In this document: positions 25,096 to 32,000 of the stretch, one piece after another
How positions within the stretch are numbered: position 1 is the first letter of the stretch
How the letters are laid out: every line of letters begins with the position of its first letter
NCBI RefSeq assembly: GCF_037013405.1
Contig: NZ_CP146064.1
Span: 420,001-452,000 of the forward strand
Origin: Candidatus Nanosynbacter sp. BB002
GTDB taxonomy: Bacteria; Patescibacteriota; Saccharimonadia; Saccharimonadales; Saccharimonadaceae
Reading direction: 5' to 3'
Length of the DNA: 32,000 nucleotides
The notes under the pieces: generated by a model
What the model was told of the DNA's origin: nothing
Seen by the model: the letters and a program-made list of their open reading frames with translations, nothing else
Database searches by the model: none
Made by a program: the position numbers and the translations under genes

Positions 25096-26700
25096 CTATG
25101 ACTTCGTGCGACACCACACGTTGAGCTCGTCAGCCAGTTCTTTGGCCGGGACTTCTTTTTTGATGTCAGGCATCAAGATGTTGGCTGGGTCGAAAATGTG
25201 TTTTATCTGAGAATAAATGGCTGTTTCGTCTGGTGAGACGGTTGCTTGCATCAAACCAGCTTTCAGGCGACCATCGCCGTAGCGACCAGCGACATTGCCG
25301 CGGCTTTCGGCGACTAACTTGGCAATTTCTGGAATTAATTTTAATAGTACTCGACGCTCGCTCACTTTGTGCAGGTTGAAGATTGGTAACAAATCAACGT
25401 AGCCATTGACCGCGTCCACGAAAACTGGCAGCGCCAGCTTGGTCTCAGCTTCCACTTTGCGTAGTTCGCTCAGAAATCCGTCCAATCGTTCTAGTGGCAG
25501 CCATAGTCCTGAAAATACCGCTGGACAGGTTGCACGTTCTTCAGTTGAGTGCAATATGAATGACAATGGAGTATAGAGTGAAGCGACTTCTTGGGTTTGG
25601 ATATCGTGGATGGCTAAGCCAACTGGATGAATATTCTCTAGCTTGCGAGCTAATTTTTTGGCGGCGCGCCCGCGAGCCCTGTCAGAGAACTCGCTCATGG
25701 TGATGATGACTGCTGCGCCTTTGAACGCTTCACGTGGCGCCCAGGAGAATTTCTTGCCTTCACTAGCAGCCCGTGCCATGATTCGCCCGTCGATGATGTC
25801 AACTTTGGAAACTTTGTGCTTCAGGGCTTCGTCAACTGCCGCTTGCGCCTCAGACATATCGCCAAATGTTGCCGTGATGGCCGTTGCGTCATTGCTGCTG
25901 TATTCTGCTTTCATGATCACTTCGCTGATGATACCTAGTGCGCCCTGAGAACCCACAAACAGTGGCGTTAGGTCAAATGAGCCGTCCTCGTCCTTGACTT
26001 TGGTGATTCCCCAAAATCCAGCTGTGCTTTTTTCGCGGCGCTTGATAGCGTCGATGATTTGCTGATTATCCTCCAGCAGGTTATCCACTTGACGATAGAT
26101 CTCGCCTTCCAGTGTTGACAGGCCTTTTTTCTTTGCTAATTCGCGCTTGTTGATGCGGCCGGTTTGGATAACGTCGCCATTTGCTAAAACGATTTCCATC
26201 TGAGAGATGGCGTCAGTGAACAATGTCGTTAAGCCGACAGAGGAAGCTACCGCGCCGGAGGCGATTGCTCCACCGATGGTTCCGTCTTGACCGATGGCTG
26301 AGACTTCTGGCAGTGCTAAATTTTTATACATAGACAACAGTTCGCGCACCGCGCTGTACTTCATGCCAACTTGCATGTGGACCAATTGTTGTTTTGGGTC
26401 GATACCTTTGGCGTGGCGCATGTATGCTTGCATATCCAAAGATACGCCGCCGCCAGTAGCAGCACCGTTGCTGTCGGTGCCTGCTCCGCGAACGACCACA
26501 GAAAGGATGTGACCTTTGTCAGCTAACTGCGAACAAAACCGCATGATTTTACGAATGTCATTGACGTTTGACGGCCGAGCGATCATCTCTGGGCGACGCG
26601 CCAGGACACTACCGTCTGATTGCGCCGCATCCAATAGCAAATCATTGACCAAAACCTCTCCAGTCAAATGTCCATTTAGATACGTCGCAACCTTATTCAT
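25096..26700 (-). CDS. FAD-linked oxidase (GlcD / D-lactate dehydrogenase family)
   Basis: FAD_binding_4-type motif VVRGAGTDSNGAATGGG plus a C-terminal FAD-oxidase domain. Confidence 0.75.
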   Translation of the reverse strand: MNKVATYLNGHLTGEVLVNDLLLDAAQSDGSVLARRPEMIARPSNVNDIRKIMRFCSQLADKGHILSVVVRGAGTDSNGAATGGGVSLDMQAYMRHAKGIDPKQQLVHMQVGMKYSAVRELLSMYKNLALPEVSAIGQDGTIGGAIASGAVASSVGLTTLFTDAISQMEIVLANGDVIQTGRINKRELAKKKGLSTLEGEIYRQVDNLLEDNQQIIDAIKRREKSTAGFWGITKVKDEDGSFDLTPLFVGSQGALGIISEVIMKAEYSSNDATAITATFGDMSEAQAAVDEALKHKVSKVDIIDGRIMARAASEGKKFSWAPREAFKGAAVIITMSEFSDRARGRAAKKLARKLENIHPVGLAIHDIQTQEVASLYTPLSFILHSTEERATCPAVFSGLWLPLERLDGFLSELRKVEAETKLALPVFVDAVNGYVDLLPIFNLHKVSERRVLLKLIPEIAKLVAESRGNVAGRYGDGRLKAGLMQATVSPDETAIYSQIKHIFDPANILMPDIKKEVPAKELADELNVWCRTKS

Positions 26701-26801
26701 ATTCCCCTTTCCTATTTATGTTTAATTTTAGCACAACCAAAAACGAAAATGAATATTATTTGGGTGGTAATTTGGCCGCGCATATGCTACAATCACCACA
26801 T

Positions 26802-26844
26802 GCGGCAGTGGCGGAATTGGTAGACGCGCTAGCCTTAGGAGCTA
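26802..26844 (+). tRNA. 5' half of a split tRNA-Leu(UAG): acceptor, D arm and anticodon stem-loop
   Basis: GCGGCAG-TG-GCGGAATTGGTAGACGCG-CTAGCCTTAGGAGCTA followed by non-tRNA sequence. TACAAT -10 at 26788-26793. Confidence 0.85.
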
Positions 26845-26900
26845 ACAAGCTCGCTTGCCTGTTCTTGTATTTTATAGGGTTAATATAGCCTTTTCTTACT

Positions 26901-26937
26901 AAAAGAGGAGTCTATTCTTGCAACAGACTCCTCTTTT
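26901..26937 (-). terminator. 13-bp-stem hairpin terminator downstream of the integrase remnant
   Basis: AAAAGAGGAGTCT/AGACTCCTCTTTT. T-runs on both strands make it potentially bidirectional. Confidence 0.6.
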
Positions 26938-26952
26938 AGACTCCTTTATCGT

Positions 26953-27585
26953 TTATAAGGATGTTTTTGCTTGATCATTGTCGTTATGTTTATTGTAAAT
27001 TTTATCGGTTACAGCGAGAAGTGCATTTGATTTTTCTGTTTCGGTTGAGTGAGTATAGATTTGCAAGGTTGTTGTTATTGAAGAATGCTCAAGGATAACT
27101 TGTGCGTCTTTTGCCGAGACGTTAGCTTCTTTGAGCATTGTAGCAACGCTGTGGCGAATCTCATGAAGCGTTATCTCTTTTAATCCCACTTTTCGAGCAG
27201 CATCTTTAAATGTTTTGATAAAGCTTCTACCGTCTATCGGGTTGTCTTTTTTAGTAAGGTAGAGAAGTTCGTCGCCATCTGGATAGAGCCATCGTTCATA
27301 TTCTGCTTGCAGCTCCTGTTTTATACTCAGCAGAAGTGGCAGATCGCGAGCACTTGTCCTTGTTTTGAGTGAGCCGATTTTTGACTCATGTCCTACGAGA
27401 TAAACTTGCTGCCTGATATGTATAGTTTTTCGGTAAAGTCAATGTCTTTCCAGTGCAAGCCAAACGCTTCACCGCGTCGTAATTCATAATGACACATGAT
27501 AAGGAATAAACCGTAGTATGGATGGTCTGTTATAGAGTAAAATGCCTTAAAAATGCTATAATATCTCCAGTATAGGCAACACGTT
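26953..27585 (-). pseudogene. Tyrosine recombinase (phage integrase) remnant: 5'-truncated with one frameshift near 27420
   Basis: ELRRGEAFGLHWKDIDF sits in one frame. The adjacent frame is open through VGHESKIGSLKTRTSARDLPLL...HEIRHSVAT...LEHSSITTTLQIYTHS. No N-terminal core-binding domain remains. Confidence 0.8.
27554..27562 (+). promoter_or_regulatory. Extended -10 (TGCTATAAT) for the EXLDI gene
   Basis: TGnTATAAT about 39 nt upstream of the ATG. RBS AAGGAGG at 27588-27594. Confidence 0.55.
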
Positions 27586-27600
27586 TAAGGAGGAAAGATT

Positions 27601-27972
27601 ATGGATTATAAAGAAATAAAGCTTAATGTTTCAAATGATAAAATTAAAGAATATAAGCAATTTGAGGGCTTAAAAATATATTCTGATATTTTTAAATCTG
27701 AAGATGAAAAGGTATTGATCAACAAAAGAATATATATTACAAAAAAACAGAATTATGTTTATTACGAAAGAACGGATGTAAATTGGAATTATTGGTCAAG
27801 CGAAAGAAATTATAATTCAACATTTAATCCGGAGAATGATAGTAAACACAACATTATATTTGAAGTTTCATCAGAATTAAGCGATTTTATTAAATATTTA
27901 GGAGAAGAAATAATTCGGAAGATTGAATTGAAACAGCACAATGGAGAAATTGTTGAGATATTAGATATTTGA
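27601..27972 (+). CDS. EXLDI-family-like small protein
   Basis: 123 aa ending in the name-giving motif E-I-L-D-I. Strong RBS. Confidence 0.6.
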   Translation: MDYKEIKLNVSNDKIKEYKQFEGLKIYSDIFKSEDEKVLINKRIYITKKQNYVYYERTDVNWNYWSSERNYNSTFNPENDSKHNIIFEVSSELSDFIKYLGEEIIRKIELKQHNGEIVEILDI

Positions 27973-28072
27973 TTGTGTTATGAAGAATAAAGCATTGACT
28001 GAAAATATAATATCTACTCAAGCACGTAAAATTCCTAATCTTAGTAATATCAATTAAATAAAAATAGTATAA

Positions 28073-28109
28073 AAACAGTAAATCAAAAAGGTTTACTGTT
28101 TTTTCTTTG
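28073..28109 (+). terminator. Rho-independent terminator after the EXLDI gene
   Basis: 10-bp stem AAACAGTAAA/TTTACTGTTT followed by TTTTCTTT. Confidence 0.65.
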
Positions 28110-28269
28110 CTTAAAAATAGAAAGAGAGGAAAAGAAAAAATGAAAATATAAAAGAAAAAAATTTTAATGACAGATGAAGAAATCAAGCAGCTACAAAACA
28201 AAGGAAAAAAGCTCATCAGCCAACAGAAACAGGAAGGAAGAAAGAAAAAAGAGAGATAAAAGAATATAT

Positions 28270-28292
28270 GAAAAAGTCGCTTTTCAAGCGAC
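28270..28292 (-). terminator. Terminator downstream of the island tRNA
   Basis: GTCGCTT/AAGCGAC stem followed by T5 on the minus strand. Confidence 0.5.
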
Positions 28293-28314
28293 AATTTCGA
28301 AAAAATTCAGATTT

Positions 28315-28399
28315 TGGTGCGGATGAAAGGACTTGAACCTTCACGCCGTGAGGCATATGCTCCTAAGGCATACGTGTCTACCAATTCCACCACATCCGC
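28315..28399 (-). tRNA. Island-borne complete tRNA-Leu (anticodon UAG), CCA encoded
   Basis: Hand-folded. Acceptor GCGGATG/CATCCGC, anticodon loop CTTAGGA, long variable arm. The T arm is identical to that of the split host gene. Confidence 0.85.
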
Positions 28400-28472
28400 A
28401 TATTTGATATTGTGAAATATTTCTGTAAGTAAGTATATCAGCAGATAAAATAAATTACCACATTTTTTAGCA

Positions 28473-29765
28473 TTATTTAACAGGAATCTTTTTTGCTAAG
28501 TCTGATAATAACTCAATTAATTGCGAACTCATAATAGGAGCTTCCTCTTTGCTTTTAAATAATTTTTTTGATTTTTTGACTTGATTATTTTCTTCATTAT
28601 TGAATATTCGGTATGCAACTGTTTTGATAATTTCATTTCTTAGTTCTACATCACCTTCAATACTTAGCAGATAAGGCTTTAGTGCTTTAAGTTGATGAGC
28701 TGTTCGTTGATTAGCTCGCTGTGCTTTGCGATGTTCGCTTGATTGAGTGGCCGTGTATCCTGCTATACCCCCAGCAAATAGCATAACAAATGCTCGAGCT
28801 ATTAAGAATTGCCATGAAGCATCCTTAGTGTGAATAATTTCATAAACTACCCAACAAGAAAATCCTAACATGATAAGCAATAAAATCGTTGTTATTACAC
28901 TCCACACATAAGCAGCTATTTTATCTTCCTTAGCACTACTAGAATAATCGTGGATTAGTGTTTTATCTCCAGCCATATTCAATAATTCATCTATTCTAGC
29001 AAGACTATCTTCTGCCTTCGCCTCAGTAGCGTTTAGCTTTTTATCTATGTCATCCGTAATGCGATCGGCTTCATCACTCTTTTTGCTAAATGTTTCTTCA
29101 ATTGTACGTTTCTGATCTTCGATGAATTTATTAACCGCCTCATTACGTATATTTTCAGATTTTGTAAATGATAGTTGCTGCTCGGTAGATATGCTATTTG
29201 ATGAATCTTTTATGTCTTTTAAATCTTTGTTAAGTTCATCTATTTTTACACCAAGTGCTTCAAACTCGTTTTTAGCTTCAGTAACTTTTTCGTCAATGGT
29301 CTTTTCTGCGGCAGTTCCTTTAACAGATATATTATTAATCTCTTTTGTTGTTACGCGCTTATATTGACCGACTGACCTATTCAATCCCGCAATAGCCTTG
29401 CGAGTTTCCTTTATGTCCATAGTGGGCGTTAATGAAGGAATGTACGACAATATATTATCGATATATCCATTCATGTAAGAAATACCTAGATACATATCAT
29501 CGCGAGTGTTTTGCCAGTTATCAAAACACGAACTTGCATTTGAAAGGTGACTGCTGATATTGTCAAGATTTGATATTGATAATAGACGACTATCTGTATT
29601 ATCAAGTCTATCCACTAAAAGCTCAATGACCAATTTTGCCCGATTGATAGCATCGATTGCTTCAAGAGACATACTGTCAGAGTCTATCTCATTAAACCTG
29701 GCTAATAATTTCTTGGCTGCAGTGTATGTGGCACTATTCTGTATACGATCTTCCCATTTACTCAT
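28473..29765 (-). CDS. Coiled-coil protein with a C-terminal two-TM module (SLATT-like?)
   Basis: 430 aa. It has a long charged helical region, then the TM helices VWSVITTILLLIMLGFSCWVVY and FLIARAFVMLFAGGIAGY, then a basic helix. Extended -10 TGATATAAT at 29826-29834 on the minus strand. Confidence 0.6.
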   Translation of the reverse strand: MSKWEDRIQNSATYTAAKKLLARFNEIDSDSMSLEAIDAINRAKLVIELLVDRLDNTDSRLLSISNLDNISSHLSNASSCFDNWQNTRDDMYLGISYMNGYIDNILSYIPSLTPTMDIKETRKAIAGLNRSVGQYKRVTTKEINNISVKGTAAEKTIDEKVTEAKNEFEALGVKIDELNKDLKDIKDSSNSISTEQQLSFTKSENIRNEAVNKFIEDQKRTIEETFSKKSDEADRITDDIDKKLNATEAKAEDSLARIDELLNMAGDKTLIHDYSSSAKEDKIAAYVWSVITTILLLIMLGFSCWVVYEIIHTKDASWQFLIARAFVMLFAGGIAGYTATQSSEHRKAQRANQRTAHQLKALKPYLLSIEGDVELRNEIIKTVAYRIFNNEENNQVKKSKKLFKSKEEAPIMSSQLIELLSDLAKKIPVK

Positions 29766-30075
29766 GAAGCATTATTCCTTTTTACTTAGTTGATTCGCCA
29801 CTCCTTATTAAAAACTTTAAACACCATTATATCACCCTTGTTTTTAAAATTGACCACCTCTAAGAGTAGAGAACTTTACTTATTCAATTTGGCTAATTAA
29901 ACTCCGCCCTAGACTCCAGAATTGACTCCTTGCGGCCCCGTACAATAACAAACAAAAACAACGAGTTAGAACTCTTATATCATTTTGCCTTTATTGCCCA
30001 TTACTTGCCCGCTGTAGGCCTCTTGTCGGCAGTGTGCGTAGTTCCCTCCGCTAAGTGAAAAGGAAACTTAATTAT

Positions 30076-30133
30076 CTAGCCTTAGGAGCTAGTGCCTTCG
30101 GGCGTGAAGGTTCAAGTCCTTTCTGCCGCACCA
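30076..30133 (+). tRNA. 3' half of the split tRNA-Leu(UAG): anticodon stem-loop, variable arm, T arm, acceptor, CCA
   Basis: CTAGCCTTAGGAGCTAG-TGCCTTCGGGCGT-GAAGGTTCAAGTCCTTT-CTGCCGC-ACCA. The acceptor is complementary to the 5' half at 26802. Confidence 0.85.
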
Positions 30134-30225
30134 GAATTGGTATTCAAAAATATCGCCTATAATGGTGATGTTTTTCTTATTACAAAGCGATTTATACAGA
30201 CTGATCTCAACAATAAAAATTCTTA

Positions 30226-30255
30226 TTGACTATATCAAAACGCATATGCTACAAT
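30226..30255 (+). promoter_or_regulatory. Promoter of the TasA-like gene
   Basis: TTGACT, an 18-nt spacer, then TGCTACAAT. Confidence 0.55.
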
Positions 30256-30320
30256 CGCGCCAAGATAGAAAATAATACAAGACATCTACTTTTAGGTAGT
30301 CGAGGAGGGTTTATATCACT

Positions 30321-30950
30321 ATGAGCAAAGCAAATAATTATTTCCAGCGGCAACGCATCGGCCTGGCGGTTGTCGGTGGTATCATGACGCTGATGGTAGC
30401 GTTTAGCTTGACACCGACGTTTGCGGGTGTTGTTGCAACCATCACCAACAGCGTAAACACCGCATCAACTGGTACATTAGTGATGGAAGAAAAGAACCAG
30501 GATGGATCAGTTACCTGTACTACTACAGGTAGTGGTAGTGCGACTTGTGCAACCATCAACAAATATGGCGGCCAAGCACTCGTTCCAGGCGGCAGCACTG
30601 ACACCACGGTGAAAATCACTAACAAGGGTAGTATCGCTGCCAGCGCCTTTACTGTCAAGGGTGGCACCTGTACAACTGAGAACGCACCAGGCGCATCAGT
30701 CTCTGGTACTGGTAATTTGTGTAGCAAAATGACTGTTACCGTCCGTGCTAACGGCACACAAGTATGGACTGGTACTGCAGAAGCTTTCCAGCAAGCAGCA
30801 GCACAAGACATCAAGACAGTCGTTGGTCACCCAATTGCACCGAACGAGACCGTCACACTGATCATCACCGCTGCACTCCCAGCAAACACTGACGCCAGCT
30901 TCCAGGGTCGCCAAATCTCACAGCCAATCACCTGGCAATTCAGCGCCTAG
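30321..30950 (+). CDS. Secreted TasA/camelysin-like protein with a SipW-cognate-type signal peptide
   Basis: Basic N-terminus, a TM helix, then FAGVVATITNSVNTASTGTL. Thr/Gly/Ala-rich mature part. RBS GAGGAGGG. Confidence 0.6.
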   Translation: MSKANNYFQRQRIGLAVVGGIMTLMVAFSLTPTFAGVVATITNSVNTASTGTLVMEEKNQDGSVTCTTTGSGSATCATINKYGGQALVPGGSTDTTVKITNKGSIAASAFTVKGGTCTTENAPGASVSGTGNLCSKMTVTVRANGTQVWTGTAEAFQQAAAQDIKTVVGHPIAPNETVTLIITAALPANTDASFQGRQISQPITWQFSA

Positions 30951-30991
30951 CATCTCATAAATAGCCGTAAAATCTGATACACTAAAGGGTA

Positions 30992-32000
30992 ATGAAATTT
31001 AGTAAGACCAGCATTTGGGTAGTCGCAGCACTGAGCCTACTGAGTTTGGGCTCAGTGCTCGTACTACACCTGGCTGGTTTTCGCTTTTTTACCATCGCAA
31101 CACCAAGCATGGGCGAAACCGCTCCAGTCGGAACACTAGTCGTCACTAAGCCGCAGCAATCTTACAACAAAGATGACATCATCACATTTTATCGTAGCGG
31201 CAGCGTCTACACTCACCGCCTAACTAAGATCAATGACGACCACAGCTACACCACTAAAGGTGACCTCAATGCCGTAGAAGATTCTCTGCCGGTGGCTAAC
31301 CGAGATGTGATTGGCAAGGCGGTGGTGATTGCGCCTGTGTGGGGCTGGGTCTGGCGGGCCGCACCAATTTTGCTCATTGGCTGGTTTATCGTCTATTTGC
31401 TTTCGTGCATCAAACGGCTACGCGAGCGCTGGCGTTGGCCAGTTCGCATCATTGGCGGGACATTGGTGGTTATTTTGGCGACGCTGATCCTCAACCCATG
31501 GCTTCGCGCTGACATGCTCAGTATCGCTACACACCAGAAAAATGACGTGCGACTTCACATTGTCAACACGGGCATTTTCCCCATTCGTGATGATGACGGC
31601 AACCGTGTTCACACTGGTCAAACTGCCATCGTTCGCGCCACCGAAACTGACGCGCAGGGGCATTACATTTACGTGCCACGACCGTCCCTTGGGCCAACGG
31701 GCGTGGTGTTTGCGCTGTTGTGGTGTCTGTTGCCGCTCTTCATAGCGCTATTGGTAAAATTGCCACCACCAGAAGAAGAAATCACTGGGCTGCAACTTGT
31801 TCATGAGCGGAATCGCAACATGGCACTGCTCGCTATTATCATCTTGTTTGAAGTAGTGCTTCTGACCGTACAATTATCTTCCCTAGCAGGATTTACCGCG
31901 ACCATACAAAATAGCACCAACCACGTTCAAGCTCGCGCCTACTTTAAGTGCTCTGAGGCCACCTGGAGCCGTTCACAGATCCGTCCAAATCCTCAGCCGT
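30992..32000 (+). CDS. SipW-type (S26B) signal peptidase I with a long multi-TM C-terminal extension; partial, runs off the window
   Basis: My own translation shows no stop from the ATG at 30992 to 32000. Motifs PSMGETAP (Ser), YTHRL (His) and TKGDLNAVED. Not in the ORF track because it is open-ended. Confidence 0.7.
   Translation, partial: MKFSKTSIWVVAALSLLSLGSVLVLHLAGFRFFTIATPSMGETAPVGTLVVTKPQQSYNKDDIITFYRSGSVYTHRLTKINDDHSYTTKGDLNAVEDSLPVANRDVIGKAVVIAPVWGWVWRAAPILLIGWFIVYLLSCIKRLRERWRWPVRIIGGTLVVILATLILNPWLRADMLSIATHQKNDVRLHIVNTGIFPIRDDDGNRVHTGQTAIVRATETDAQGHYIYVPRPSLGPTGVVFALLWCLLPLFIALLVKLPPPEEEITGLQLVHERNRNMALLAIIILFEVVLLTVQLSSLAGFTATIQNSTNHVQARAYFKCSEATWSRSQIRPNPQP

Larger units (their letters stand above)
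26845..30075. mobile_element. Decayed integrative island inserted in tRNA-Leu(UAG)
   Basis: Bounded by the 16-bp direct repeat CTAGCCTTAGGAGCTA (26829-26844 and 30076-30091). Visibly AT-rich relative to the flanks. An integrase remnant lies at the left end. Confidence 0.85.

Noticed and set aside
27890-28294. 134-aa minus-strand ORF rich in Phe/Leu/Ser
   Set aside because: It is a low-complexity translation of A-rich DNA. It overlaps the 3' end of the EXLDI gene and spans two terminators. A 30-aa Lys-rich plus-strand mini-ORF at 28167-28259 is also unsupported.
30338-30914. Minus-strand ORFs 30338-30814 and 30696-30914
   Set aside because: They are antisense shadows of the TasA-like gene, which has a strong RBS and a signal peptide.

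Overview
This is a chromosomal window from a bacterium I cannot place taxonomically from sequence alone. SipW/TasA-type secretion genes suggest a monoderm-like cell envelope. It falls into four blocks.

(1) 1 to about 19030: a siphovirus-like prophage or remnant, almost all on the minus strand.
- Early/recombination module: PD-(D/E)XK exonuclease, Sak4-like ATPase, SSB, VRR-NUC.
- Unusual accessory genes: a possible DUF4868/KwaB-like protein and a pentapeptide-repeat protein built from 24 near-identical 15-bp units.
- A 650-bp non-coding, iteron-rich gap.
- Packaging, head and tail genes: TerS/TerL, a portal-MuF-Com zinc-finger fusion, a ClpP-protease/major-capsid fusion, connectors, major tail protein and G/T chaperones.
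- No integrase, repressor, tape measure or lysis genes are visible in the window.

(2) 19.1-21.1 kb: two tandem paralogous two-gene cassettes on the plus strand.
- Each has a conserved leader, a small GHGH-motif ORF, a conserved palindrome with its own promoter, and an acidic partner of about 130 aa.
- Both small ORFs are disrupted while both partners are intact. This looks like a decaying toxin/immunity array of a family I do not recognise.

(3) 21.1-26.7 kb: host genes (SpoU/TrmH methyltransferase, DUF1905, VOC, AraC regulator, tRNA-Leu(CAG), FAD-linked oxidase).
- A 1.6-kb insertion here is bounded by a roughly 90-bp duplication of the trmH 5' end.

(4) 26.8-30.1 kb: an AT-rich 3.2-kb island that splits a tRNA-Leu(UAG) gene inside its anticodon stem-loop, with a 16-bp direct repeat at each junction.
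- It carries a decayed tyrosine integrase, an EXLDI-motif protein, a coiled-coil/2-TM protein and its own complete tRNA-Leu(UAG).

The window ends with a TasA-like secreted protein and an open-ended SipW-type signal peptidase ORF that is absent from the supplied ORF track.

All functional calls rest on motif recognition by eye. No database searches were run.
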